Shown: positions 35,526 to 49,339 of the stretch, piece by piece
How the letters are laid out: every line of letters starts with the position of its first letter
Numbering within the stretch: position 1 is the stretch's first letter
Source: Malacoraja senta
Taxonomy: Eukaryota
Direction: 5' to 3'
Assembly: GCA_038087875.1 (NCBI GenBank)
Contig: CM075985.1
Coordinates: 18,848,001 to 18,912,000 of the forward strand
Length of the DNA stretch: 64,000 nucleotides
The notes under the pieces: generated by a model
The model's database searches: none
What the model was told of the DNA's origin: nothing
The model's input: the letters and a program-made list of their open reading frames with translations, nothing else
Position numbers and translations under genes: made by a program

Positions 35526-38200
35526 ACTTTAAATTTAAAGGGAATTTAAAGCAGATGCCTTTTGAGGAGCACTTTAAATAGGTGCATTTTATGCTCAGGC
35601 ATGTTGATATTGTGCCTATCTCTCATTCTACGATGATTCAACGTGTACTGGACATTTGTTTTCACTGTAACATGAAGATTCATTTTTCAGAAGCTTCTTT
35701 GCTGCACCATTTATAAGCAGGCAACTTTAATCCAATACAGATGTGGTGGGCTCGAATGTCAGTAGATTCTAAAGGCAAGTTGCTTTACATTAACAAGTGG
35801 AACTGTCAGAAGGAGAAGCTGTCAGTGTATTCTGAGCTGCTCTCCCACGATGTAAAAGCACCTACGGGCTATCAAGGAATAATCCAATCAAAGCATTTAA
35901 ATGACATCATGAGCTCATCACAAATTGTTGGTAACCATGACTTGAACCCTGAGATTAGATTAATACCTTGTATTCGCTCTTTGGTATTAAAGCATGTATG
36001 CCTGTGTATTTCGATAATATTTTGTTCATCTCTGTCAATTTAAGGTATTTTATTTAAAGCTGTCAACATGCTCTTCACCCCTAATGTGTGACAAATTATA
36101 CACAAAATGATTGTCTTGTGACGTTGATTAAGTATTAACAAGATTTACTGCATGATGGTTTAGCAGGATTTAGCATTCTCTCATTTTATCAGTATGTTTC
36201 CAGTAAACATACATGTGTGCTGCCTGCCACACACATTTACACACTTGATAATGAGAAATTCTATATATATCTCAGATAATTGATTGCAAATACTGTGGCA
36301 TTTTCTTTAACAGGGTTCTACATTGTTTGTCCACATCTGTAATTAGAGGGAGTGTTGAGTATTTCCAAGAAGATTTAATATAGTATGAAGATTTTAATAT
36401 TTTTCAATAATGAATAGTAAAATGGGAGTTTAATAGGGCTGCATTTCTTTATCAGTTGCCCTTGCAAACAATAACTGGCTCAATAAATATTGAGTAATCC
36501 CACTTTGTGTAAAACATCAATTTGCTGTTTGGGGTAACAATTTTTTTTTTCCATTTCCAAGCACTTTCACACAACAGTAGCAATTTGCTTTTATAGACTT
36601 GTAAAGTTGTCTAGCACAGAAACAGCCCTTTGGGTCATCATACCAAACCTTTAGCCCATCTACAATAATCCCATTTGCCCACATTTGGGATTGGAACCTT
36701 TATTGCCTTGCCTATTTAAGTGACTGTCTAAATGCCTCTGAAATCTAGTAATTGTATCTGATTCCACCACATCTTTGACAGTGAATTCCAGATATCAACC
36801 GCTCTGCATGTGTAAAAAATGTATCTCCTTTTGCAGTGTGTAAAAATGATTCCATCAACTCCTCTGGCAGCGTGATCCAGAAAACAACCACTCTTTTTGT
36901 AAAAAGTCTTCAATCAGTCAGTTTAGTTTATTGTCACGTGTACCGAGGTACAGTGAAAAGCTTTTGTTGCATGCTATCCAGTCAGCAGAAAGACAATACA
37001 TAATTACAATCAAGCCATTACAATGGCCCCGAGATCCACTTTAAATCGCCTACTTCTCATCTTAAAATGTTGCCCTCTTGTATTTGATACCCCTAACTTG
37101 GGAATACAGCACTTTAGTGAGGCAAAGTATCCAAATGCACTTCTTGGGAGCAATACCAAATGGAATATTTTATTGCACCACATACAGGTACTTTAGAACA
37201 GGGGACCAAAAGATAGGTTAACAAGATCTAAAAGATAGTCATAAAGGAGGTTAATCAAAAAAAAGCAGGGAGATATAAGGTTGCAACGCCAGGGCTTATT
37301 CTGGAAGGTATTCCTCCCCATTTAGTGGAACGACTAAAATCAGAGATATTCAAGAGGGAAAAATTTGAGGAACTCGGAGGGATTGAAGAATCAGAGGAGC
37401 TTGAAGGAATTGTGGAGTTAGGAATGGCCATGACTGAGTGATCTAGAAAAGGGATGTGAATTGTAAAGCAGATTTTTTTCCCAATATGGGGGCCACAGTA
37501 AAGATTATTGAATGACCTGAACCAGCAGCACAATTTTGGTGAAATAAAAGATTATTCGGAGTGAAAATGTGGCCAGACGAGAACATAAAAGGAAGTTTGT
37601 GTTTATAGCGACAGAATGAATATCCTGGACTTACCAAGAATTCTTCTATGGAATTTTACAGAACAATATTTTATGGCGCAATAATGCAGCTGTGTGTGCT
37701 GTTGCTGCACATCTGCAGAAATCTTGGCTTCTTTCCAACCTCTGGTGCTGTCCGTGGAGTTTGCATGTTCTCCCCGCGACTGCATTGGTTTCTCCACAGT
37801 ACTCCAGTTTCCTCCCACGTCACAATGTTGTGGTTAAATCGGCTGCTATAGTTGTTAACTGGTTGCTGTAAATTACCCCGGGCACAAATGGGTGGCAGGA
37901 GAATTGGGAGAATTGATGGATACGCAAGAGAGAATGGACCACGGGGAAACACTTGGAGAAGCGGGGTTGATGGAATGCTCTGAGAACTGGCACAGACTCA
38001 ATGGATTGAGTATACTCCTTCTACGTCATGCAAAACCTTAAGAGAAACAGACCCATTGCCCTCTGTTATGTTGTACTCCAAGTCAGGCTCTTCCTGCCGC
38101 AGTTCAGCTTACCCTGTCTACATATCCTCCTGTTCCTTCAATACTCAAGCACTAACTGAGCTGTATCTTAAATCCAGTTATTCTTCGCTGTCCAAGATAC

Positions 38201-38992
38201 ATAGAATAGAGTAGAATAGAATGTTTTTATTGTCATTCAAACATAGAACGTTTGAACGAAATTTCATTCCTACAGTCATGACATTACAAAAAAAACAAGA
38301 CACACACTTAACACAATTTATACAAACATCCATCACAGTGAATCTCCAACACCTCACTGTGATGGAAAGCAAAAGTCTTATCTCTTCCCTTTGTTCTTTT
38401 CCCGCGATCCAGCAGTCCAACTGCAGCGTCGATGTTAAAGCCCCCAGCGGGCGATGGTGAGTCCCGCGGCCGTTTAAGCCGCCCCGGGCGATGTTAGGCC
38501 CTGCTCAGAGTCATTTAAACCCCACGATTCCGGCGGGAGAATTAGCCGTTGCGGGAAAAAGCGGTCTCCCACCAGGGACCTGCGAGCTCCCGATGTTCCT
38601 GTCCACCGGGCCTGTGGCCGGAGCCTCCGAAGCTCCGAAGTCGGGTTGCAGCCGCACGCCACGACAGCTCTCCCCGCTCCGAAGTCGGCCAGCTCCGCGA
38701 TGGTGAGTCTGCAGGCTCCGCGACTGAAGCTCTCAGGTTGGTTCCAGTTGGAGGTCGCCGCCGGCTCCACAATGTTAGGCCCAACGACACCGGAGACCCG
38801 ACAGGGAAAAAGTTGGGTCCCCGTACAGGGAAGAGATTAAACGGTTTCCCCCACCCGCCCCCCCTCGCCCCCCACATATACACAGCTAAAAAATAATAAA
38901 TATTAGAACCAAAAACATACATCCAACGGGACAAAAATGTTTTTAAAGACAGATGGACTGCAGTCGAGCCGCTGCCGTTAGGTGCCGCCACT
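38201..38992 (-). mobile_element. GC-rich retroposon copy
   Basis: Alignable to 25274-26096; (TAGAA)n tail. Confidence 0.75.
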
Positions 38993-39629
38993 CCGCATAA
39001 ATTAGTCTTGAGAGTACTGGTAGATGCACATTTAAAAATGTTTATTATTATAGCAGAGTTTGACTGTTTAAATAAAATGAGGGTGTCAGCCTTTGAAACA
39101 GTGGAATCCTGCTGTGCTCAAAGGAATTTATAGTACATCATGTGTAGTTAATGTTTTATTTGATTTATTCTAAATATGGAACTGCCTGCTTAGAGTATGT
39201 GCAATTATCTTCCCTGATTGCAATAATGAAAGTTTACCTGGTGCTAAGAGTCGTCTTTCCAGGTATTTCATTTCATGGATGGAAATCAATATTTTCAGTA
39301 CGCGCTGACAACTTGCTGAGTAACTTGCGTTGAAATCTGATGTGCATTTTGTAGAATCTAAATAAGTAAATTAGGTGAGTCGACCATTCTTTCTTGTACC
39401 TGGTATATAAATAATATCTCTCCCAAGGTCTCATGCCATGTTAAGTGAATTACATCAATAAATTGGCCCACCACATTCAAAGGTCAACTAACAGCAGCAA
39501 ACTAAAACCTCTTCATTTTATTAAAATAAGCTGAAAGAAGTTATTAAAATCTTACACCAAATATCTTAAACGGGATTTTTTTTTTTCTGTCGGGTTTGAT
39601 TAAAGGAACAAATTAAAGATAATAAATTA

Positions 39630-39950
39630 AAAAGCATAAAGGTTAATATACTGGACTAAAACCCTGTTCCACTGACATGAGTTTGAATACCAGCAGATGG
39701 GGATTTAAATTAAAGTAATTAATGAGCTGTTTTAGTAATGCAACCCATGAAAATATTGGATTGTTAATTTTAAAAAGAAACTGTGCTTCACTCGTAGTCT
39801 CCAGAGAAGGAAATCTGCTATCCTTACCTAATTTGGTTAACATGTAACTCCTAACCCACCGATGTGGTGATTTGTAACTGTCTCTTCAATTCTGTCGGTT
39901 AGGGAAGGTCAATAAGGACCAACCTCGCTGATGTTGCCTGTATCTCATGA
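39630..39950 (+). mobile_element. Old SINE-like repeat (related pieces at 15430-15600 with 16355-16550, and 54960-55340)
   Basis: Shared GAAGGAAATCTGC..TCCTTACC…ATGTGG…GGCAATAAAT pattern in three places. Confidence 0.5.
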
Positions 39951-42900
39951 CTGCGGGCGGCAAGAGTTACAGCTCTACTTGGCAGGGAATATTTATAGCT
40001 GATCAATAACTTAAGAATTTTCTCCATTTCTAAACCTACTGCTGGTAGTAATCACGTGACTCGAGCCGATCGATAGATGCGATAGATGAAAGTGGCCACA
40101 ATTCAACTCTAATTTGTTATCCAGTGAACCCAATTGGAAGGGTATATGTATGAGGATGTTGGGTGAAGATAGGATCACACTTGACAATGAAGTCTCCTCT
40201 GATATATTTCAAAACCTATTTATTTTCCTCAGCAGAGACATGAAAAATCACCATTTAGAGAAGTTATCAGTGTGCTCCTTGTGTGTATTGGATGCATTTT
40301 CTACTAAGGAGTCGCAATGATTTTCTTTCCAAGAAGATTTAACCAAATACTTTGAGAATGTTATGGAGACTCTGACAAAACTCTCAACATACTGTTGAAA
40401 ATTGTAGATGAAAATTGGCATAAATGTAACATAAAAGATCAGATAGGGTATTTGGACTGAATAGTGTGAAATAAAAACACCATCTACTCTTGAGGTTTGC
40501 AGAAAGTGAGTCAAATCTTTTAAGTTTCAAGCGGATGGAAATTGAAATAACTTGTGGAACTATTTTTTGGTGTATTGTTCTATTCTTATTAAACTAGAAG
40601 GTAAAAAATTCCATCTGTAAAGGTACTGGCCTAGAAATGTATTCTCGTGATCTCAGATAAACAATATTATTCAATCAACAGTGCAAAATACAACCCAATT
40701 CCAGGCCTCATTTTTATAATGACACAGGAGGAAGCCATTCAGCCCGTCAGATTCGTGCCAGCGCCCAGGAAGCAATCTAATTAGTCCCATCCCTCCCCTC
40801 CTTATTTTAATATCATAAACATTCAGTACTCTGCATGGGGCAAGTGAGACTAGCGCAGGTGGGACAGAGTTGGGCTGCTGGGCCTATTTCCATGTTGTAT
40901 GACTCTATGACTCTGTGAGCAGAGAGAAAGAATGTGAAACATTAATTGTACATCACATTCCATACACGTCTAACAACATTGTCAGCAATTCCGGCATTTC
41001 AATTTGTATTTCATACTTTAAATAACTGTGGTATTTTGCTTTTGCTTTCTAGTGGGGTTTTCTGTTGGAAAGTATGCTAATGATAAAGCAAGATTGAATG
41101 AACAGAATCTATCTTTCCATACCCTATCCTCAACTCTGTCATGGTAGGTTAGCATGTTGACACTAGGATCAGAATTAATCAATACCTACTTGCCTGAGGT
41201 GATGAGACAGTATTGTATCCTAATGACATACAAATAATTGAATAACAAACTTACCAAAAAAAGACATCAAATTAAAATAGAAAAACAGCAAAAATAAAAG
41301 AGCTGTTATATCTTTAAGTAAATCCATATTTTCAAAGTAATGAATTACCACGAGGATTGAACCAATTATATTCCAAATAGTGTCAATAAAATTAGGCTTT
41401 CCATATTAATAAATCTCAGTGGAACAATTTCAAATAAGAATAATAGCATGATATTGGGATAAAACTGACTAAAACCAGTATTGCTAAAAGTGAAAGCAAC
41501 TTCCATTCATAATTCATTGACCTGGTCATGCCTCCATATGGATATGATTGCCTGATAGAAATGCTAATTCTAGCAGTCATTTACGCATATCTTTTCATAG
41601 ACTTATTTCATCATCGAGTGGAATTATGAATACACAGGAAATAGACAAAATCTACCACTTATTTAAAAAATAATCATGAATATTGCTACATTTCTAAGAA
41701 AATGGCAATGGGGAATGCTTCTGCCACAGATGCAGCAATCTGAACGATTAATAACAGTTTGCTATAAAACACAATTGAATGTCACATAGTACCATTGCTT
41801 TTTTGGTCAAATGTCTTTGTCCACTTTTACACAGCCACTCTTGCATTGATGAAAGAATCATGTTCCTGGAAGACATGTAATAAATCATAAAGGCTGAGCC
41901 AAATGCATTGCAGGAATGATTAGAAATGTATGTTTTTGCATGGAATGTGGTGCCCATTTTATTACAATTACAAATTTATTTGTAAAATGAATTCGCACAT
42001 CTCAAAGAATCAATGGCATTATACCAAAAAAATCATAAACTGAACATTTGGGCAACTTACAACCCAGCAGTATGAGCGTTGATTTCTCTAATTTCAAGTA
42101 ACTCCTGAAATCCCTACTCTCCTCTCTCCCCCACCTTATCCTACTAGTTCCACTGTTCGCATCCTTGTATCCTTCTCGTTAGCACATCTTCCCCAGCCAA
42201 CAATGGGCCATTATGGACTCCACCCTTCCCAAGTAGGGTTCCGACCCAAAATGTCACCTATTCCTAAACTCCAGAGATGCTGCCTGACCGGTTGAGTTAC
42301 TCCAGCATATTGCGTCTGTCTTCCCTTACTTTAATTTTCCAATTGAAAAGCCCAAAGTTCATCAGTTTTTTTTAACACTTATGGTTTTTCCAATAAATGA
42401 TGCATTCTCCACAAATCACTCTGATCTTGTAGCCCTTTTAGTTTTGTGCCCTTGAGTTTATATTGCCCCATCTTCTTATTCCTTCCAAATTGTTATATGG
42501 TTTTTTTCTGTCATCATCCTCCCATTCCACCAGCTGTCTACCTCTCCTTGAAGTCCATTTTGCAATCCTTTTTGTAAGTAATTGTACTTCTAAGTAATGT
42601 GTCCTCCATAACCAACTATAAGTCATAATGTCAACTCAGCTGAACTCCACTGTATACATCCTTTGACAAACAACCTTTCACTTTTACTCTATGCTTACTG
42701 TCACCTAGCCAATTTTCTATCTGAGACACTACAGTCCCTTTTATTCCCTGGGTTTCAGGCTCTATGATAAGCCCATTATGTGGCACCTGCTATCAAATGC
42801 CTGTTGGAAGTTAAATATCACATCAACTGTGTTTCCCTCATTGACTCTCTCTATCAACTCATCATGAATATTCTATCTGGCTATTTAAACATGATTGGCC

Positions 42901-43784
42901 TTTTAATAACATTATGGTGTGTTTTTTTCTCTAATCAATCTGTACCATGTTATTTATATTATTTGTAAAAAAATAAACGACTGCCATTTAATACTACAAT
43001 AAAATTATCAGGTTTGTGTCTTACCATATCGAACAAACTCTCATCAAAGTCACTAATGACTCCTTACTCTCAGTCTTCATTCACACATTTCTTCAGATCT
43101 TCCACTTTCTGGGCACTTGCTTTAATCGCTTAGGCTAACACAATATAAATGTGAGTCCCAGTTGATGTGTGCAGCAATACTTTCAATAGCAATAGCCATG
43201 TGCAGAAATCTTTACACTGAGAGGATTACATTGTTGACTTCCTACCCATGAAATATTTAATGGAGGTTAATCATGCTCTGCGGTTTATGATCCGTTTAAT
43301 TTTGGGGCTATACTACATAATATCCAAAAATCTATCGTTTGTTTTTCCCTAAATAAGTCACCATGACCACTAAAATAAACAGATGGTGGCATATTTCTGC
43401 TTAAAACTAAATTAACACCAGAAGAATTATCTAAGTCAACTAATGTCAATTGTCAAAAATTGTGCTGATGGCTCAAATGTGGCAAAATATATTCTTGTAA
43501 TAAAGAAGCAATGGCAGTGCCAAACTATAATTATAATGTAATACAATAACACATCCATGTCTGATGGTGCAGAACCTTTATTTGACTTGTCTAGACCGTC
43601 TTAGTATAATATTGATTTCCCAGACAAAATGCAAAATACTTCACACGTTGGAAATCTAAAATAAACAAATAAAATGTTGGAGATTTTCAGCTAGTAACAC
43701 AGTATTGTGTTGGGAGCAAACAAAATGATCAGACTTTTAGAACAGTGGTAAAGAATTGAGGAATCTAGTTCATTCTCCTTAATT

Positions 43785-44431
43785 GGGGCAGCTCAGTGGC
43801 ACAGCTGCTACCTCACAGCGCCAGAGACTTGAGTTTGATCTTGACCTTGGGTGTTCTCTGTGTGGAGTTTGCATGTTCTTCCTGTGACCGCGTGGGTTTT
43901 CTTTGGGTGCTTTAGTTTCCTCCCACCTCCCAAAAACATGCAAGTTTGTAGGCTAATTGATCTCCCAATGTGCTCCCAATGTGTATGATACAATACGATA
44001 GAACTTTATTTATCCCAGGAGGGAAATTGGTCTGCCAACAGTCATAAAGATACATGAAAAATGAAATTAAAGTGATGAGTGGAAAGGATTGGGGATATGC
44101 AAAGATTTGGGGAGGGGAGTTCAGTCTACCCCATGACAGAAGGGGGAGGAGTTGTACAGTTTGATAGCCACAGGGAAGAAGGATTTCCTGTGTCGTTCGG
44201 TACTGCATATTGGTGGAACCAGTCTGTTGCTGAAGGTACTCCTCAGGTTGACTAGTGTGTCATGGAGGGGGTGTATTGTCCAATATACTCTGCAGTTTGA
44301 GGAGCATCCTCCCTTCCAAGGGAATGGATAAGAAAGTGCAATAACACAGAACAAGTGATCAATGGTCAGTATGGACTTGGTGGGTCGAAGGGCCTGTTTT
44401 TATGCTGTATCTCTAAAGTAAACTAAACTAA
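43785..44431 (+). mobile_element. V-SINE interrupted by a Rex1 fragment
   Basis: Head 43785-43985, tail 44320-44431. Confidence 0.75.
43987..44315 (-). mobile_element. Rex1/Babar LINE 3' end nested in a V-SINE
   Basis: HPLH…STERHRKSFFPVAIKLYN C-terminus; 3' end AATTTCCC-loop-GGGAT-AAATAAA plus short-repeat tail. Confidence 0.75.
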
Positions 44432-47400
44432 GATATACTCATGGGGGGGTTTCATCATTTCTGTACCTCTGTTACAAATCAACAAGATGAATGGTCTTTT
44501 TCCATGCTACATGTTTCTATCAGTCTAATTCCATCCCTAAACTCTAAATCGCATTTTCAATAAAGAGGTACTTGAAGATTTCTTCTCAATATCCCTAATG
44601 TGTCCCTTTATGTGGCTAGGTGTCTAATTTTGTTTGATATTAATATTCTTTTTTAATGCTTGAGGTGTTTTCCAATGCTAATGGTCATATATAAATAGAT
44701 TATTTTATCTATTCAGTGAGGCATGCTGTGAACTGATAACAAAAATCCAAGTGAGTTTTATTCTATGTGCAGAGGATGAGCCAAGATCATGATAATAGTC
44801 TGAAGACGAGTCACATTCCGAAGCATCGTCTGTCCATTTCCCTCAGCAGATGCTTCCTGACCCACTGAATTCCTCCAGCAGTTTGCGTTTTGCTCAAGAT
44901 TCCAGCTTCAGTACTCTTTCATGTCTCTCGATTACAGTATTAGAAGAATCGTTTTCAGAAAATTCTTGTAGTTCTCAGAAATATTATATTTGATTTCTTG
45001 TAAATTTAATGAATATCTAAGGGCATATGTGCACATTAAATATGAAATTTCCAAAACTTTGAGAAGAGGACAAAATTGCCCAAAGTTAATTTGAGGAAGG
45101 ATAATATTTCTGATAATATACAACTTTTATTTTTGCTTACGACAATAGGGACTAACAATTGCAGTCAGGATAGAATAGAACAACATTCCCCAGTCATGGT
45201 AGTAAACACTGCAAGCAAAATAAATCATGTAATTATTTTTTCCTGGATGGAAGTTTCTATTAGGAATTGCTAATATCAAACCTATCATTGCCAAAGATAT
45301 TCCTCCCCTTGTTCTTCTTTTGTGTCTATCTTCCATGTTTCAAATGTTGACATCGCTGTCAGCGTCTGTGTTGAAAAGGACGCAAGCTTTCGGCGACAAT
45401 CAGTGGGAGCCATCATTTGTTGTAATATATGATGGTGGTAGCAGAATTAGCTCAGGATACCTCCTGTTTCCAGCCCCACGACGTGGACGCTTCTGCTATG
45501 GGGCCATTCTTCCCCTGATTCGATTGCAAAGGCTTAATTAATCTTATACCTAGATGAACTACTTTAGAACGTGTGTCAACTTGAATTAGTAAAATGACGG
45601 CATGTCCTTATTGCACATACTTTTGGAATGACAAATTTGGAAAACTGTCAATGTTCAGAAAGGAATATTAATCAGTATATTTGCAAAAATCACTGAATAT
45701 CAGAAATTGCAGATTCAAACACAAATTATTCTATCACTCACTGTAATGTGTACATATATGTGGGTGTCTTTAAGACCCACTTGTTATGATGTAATTTGAT
45801 TCTTGACTCATTTATATACCAAGACATTGTGGCTTAGTGAGGGTTACAGCCTTCAAAACAAGACATTCAATTGTAATACAGAAAATGCTGGAGATACTCG
45901 CAAATTTGGCAGCATCCGTGAAGAGTGATATCGAGTTATTGCATCAAACTGATGACCTTTCATTTTTATTTAGAGCTCTATCTTTGGTTATATGCCTAAG
46001 CAAGCTGCAGGATAAAGACACCTACAAATGCTCATCCAGCATATGAAAGTCACAACTGTGTGTGCATTTTGGTGGCTGTTCAATGAGGTACTCAAATATC
46101 CTGATAAAACTGACACATGCCTTCTCAGCAACCAACAAGTCAGCAATGCAGATACCTCAGGGGGAGAAGCGATTCAGGGCAATAATAGGCTGTAGCCAAG
46201 TAAAGATTTATGTAATTATGCTGGTTGAAGATATACATCTAAAAGCTGTCTTTCAATTTCAGAATCTAGTTATGTAGATGAGTGGATGAGATTGCCTTTC
46301 ACAAGACAGGTTTTCAGGATATAAAGATATATCAAATCTAGTTTATTTCTGGAGGCTAAGTTAAGAGGATGCTGACTTTGTTTGACATTGAACTAGCTTT
46401 ATTTCAATGACCCCTCCCACCCTTGAGGTGAGTGACGCAAGCTTTACTATGAAACCTTGTTACAACTACACTACGAAAACACGTTCCTGCCAATCGTGGT
46501 AATAAAACCTTCATGTACTTCGAGAAGGCTGCAGGTGGACTGGAGGAATGACTGACAATGTGCTAACAAAAACATTAGAGTCAGTGGTTCAGTAACTCGA
46601 ACGTTACCCTGCAGTTGGAAGATTGTGAATATAAGGCTCTCCTCAGAGTCCCGAGCATTACCTTCCAGGTTAATACTCCAGTGCAGAACTTAAAGAGTGC
46701 AACGTTATTGCAGGTGGTATCATTCAGATGGAATGGGGCAAGTAACATTTGCGCCAGGCACTGACCATCTTCAACAAGACTTGCCAGGAAGAGTGTAACC
46801 ATCAACCCTTAACATTAATTGGCATTACTGTCACTGAGTCATCGTTATGACCATCCTAAGCGAGGTCGTCATTGAGCAGAAACTCAGCTGGATGAGCCGC
46901 TTCTATGCTGGCTCTACAACTGTGAATCAGAAGGTGAGTATCCTGCAGTTAATACGACAAATCTCCCGATACCCCACTGCCTTTCCACCAGCTACAACGC
47001 ATGTCAGGGGCGTGATGGAATACGTGCCACTTGTCTAAATGAGTGCAATCCTGGCAGTGTCAAGAAGCTAGAGGTTCCAAGGAATAACTGTAGATGTTGC
47101 ATTTCCTCACTCCATCCGTGTGAGGGTCTCTTCCCATGACAGGGTTTGCAAGGGGGCTATGTCAGGGGTCAGGGGGTGCCGATAACCAGATCTGCTCAAC
47201 AGAGCCAACCGAATGTTCAATGATGGGAATGTTTGCCCCAGGTATAGGTTTAGTTTTTGTTTAGAGATACAGCGTGGAAACAGGCTCTACGGCCCACCGA
47301 GTCCGCACCGACCAGCAATCACCCGTGCACTAGTTCTATCCTACACACTAGGGACAAGTTTACAGAATCCAATTAACCTACAAACCTGCATATCTTTGGA

Positions 47401-47514
47401 ATGTGGGATGAAAACCGAGCGCCTGGGAAAACCCACGCGGTCACAGGGAGAACATACAAACTCTGTACTTACAGCACCTGCAGTCAGGATTGAACCTGGG
47501 TCTCTGCAACTGTA

Positions 47515-48759
47515 AGCCACTGTCCCACTTAGGAGACCTAAACAGCAACCTCTGGTGACCTTGCCCGCCACCCAAGGTTTCCATGAGGTTTCCATGAGGT
47601 CACCGGAGGTTGTGGTCACTCTCCCTAATGGTTGAAAGTGGTTTCTGCGTGGTCGAGGCTTCATCTAAGTTGCTGCTATTTTTTCATCATGATTAAAACC
47701 GGCCTCGACTAAAAATAGGTTGCCGTTTTAAAAATCGATCATTTTTTTGTCGCAGGACAAGTCGAAGCCAGTTTTCTTCATAGTCGAGGAAGGTTTTCAA
47801 CATACAATACAATACCGTATATTATCATTTGGACCTCAAATCAAGTTCAAACAAAATTTGGTTTCTGCAGTCATACAACAAGAAAAGAACCAAGACACAA
47901 CACAATTTACACAAACATCCATCACAGTGAATCTCCTCCTCACTGTGATGGAAGGCAAAGTCTTGTCTCTCCCCTGCACTCCCCATTCTCCTCCCGATGT
48001 CAAAGTCAAAGCCCCCGGCGGGCGATGTTAAGTAAGTCCCGCGGCCATTTAGGCCGCGCCGGGCGATGCAAGGCCGCGCTCCGGGTCTTGATGTTGGAGC
48101 CCCCGGCGGGCGCTAGCAAGTCCCGCGGCCATTTAAAGCCGCGCCGGGCGATGTAAAACTCCACTCCATGTCATCTTCAACCCCGCAACTCGGGCGTGAG
48201 TAGTTGCCGTTGCGGGAGCTCCGAAAAGCGGTCTCCCACCAGGGACCCGCGAGCTCCCGATGTCACCGTCCACCAGACCTGCGGCTGGAGCCTCCGAATC
48301 TCCGGGGTCGAGTCGCAGCCGCGCGCCACCACAGCTCTCCACGCTCCGAACTCGGCCAGCTCCACGATGGTAAGTAGTCCGCAGGCTCCGCGACTGGAGC
48401 CCCAGGTCGTTCCGGTTAGAGGCCTCTCCACGGTGCTAGGCCCCAACGACAACGGAGACTCGACAGAGAAAGGTCGGGTCCTCCATACAGGGAAAATATT
48501 TTAAAAGTTTCCCCACCCATCCCCCACACATACCCAGTTAAAAAAAAACACTATACACTACACACTACACTCAAACAAGACAAAAAAAGAAAAAAAGACA
48601 GACGGACTGCAGAGGCCGCTGCGACGTGGGCCGCGCCGCCCACGGACTATGCGTGGGAGGTGGTAGGAAGTTGCAGGTCACCTCGACCTTGATTTTTATT
48701 GGGTGGCAGGCAAGGTCACCAGAGGGTGCTGTTTAGGTCTCCTAAGTGGGACAGGGGCA
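47515..48759. mobile_element. Harbinger-like MITE carrying a nested GC-rich retroposon
   Basis: ~58-bp TIRs GCCMCTGTCCCACTTAGGAGACCTAAACAGCA…CCACCCA; flanks GTA/TTA. Confidence 0.75.
47801..48643 (-). mobile_element. GC-rich retroposon copy nested in the MITE
   Basis: Alignable to 25274-26096 end to end. Confidence 0.75.
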
Positions 48760-48867
48760 TTAGGTTGCTCTGGCGCTGTGCCACCCTAATTGGTTTTTGA
48801 TTTATTATTGTCACGTGTACACAAATGCGTACAATAGAAAGTGCAAAGAAAAGAAACAGTGCAGAAA

Positions 48868-48905
48868 CAGTCTGAAGAAGGGTCTCGACCCGAAACGTTG
48901 CATAT
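48868..48905 (+). ncRNA. Minimal hammerhead-ribozyme-like motif in a pLTR (representative of many copies)
   Basis: CTGAAGA core, stem II GGGTC-TC-GACCC, GAAA, palindromic AACGTT stem III; Penelope-like pLTRs are known to carry minimal hammerheads. Confidence 0.6.
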
Positions 48906-49339
48906 TTCCTTCTCTCCATAGATGCTGCCTCACCCGCTGAGTTTCTCCAGCATTTTTGTCTACCTACTGCAGAATAAGATGTTGGTAGCAGGTTTGGGAA
49001 ACAGGTGGGCGTGGATCACTGCAGCCAGCAGGTCCGGGGTCTTTTGTACATGAGCATATTTTACATTTGGTGCCCTCCCTCACTCAAATATGTCACCAAG
49101 TCAACATTCGCACTACTGTGTGTGGGAGGTTGGCTATGAACAATGTGTCTGCCATACTTCTTGTATTACTGCAACGATGACACTTAAGAAGTGCCGAAAG
49201 GCACATGAAAGTCAAAAAAAAATGAATGTCGCTGAAAGGAACTCAAATCTGTGATTTAAAATGCTGAAACGGTGCATAATCAAATGTAATCTTACAAAAT
49301 GATTGTTTTTTTTTAAATAAAGCATGAGCTGGATTGGGC

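Larger units (their letters stand above)
47245..48787 (-). mobile_element. V-SINE split by a nested MITE (body 47245-47514, head remnant 48763-48787)
   Basis: SINE consensus breaks at CTGTAA and resumes as GCTGTGCCACCC. Confidence 0.7.
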
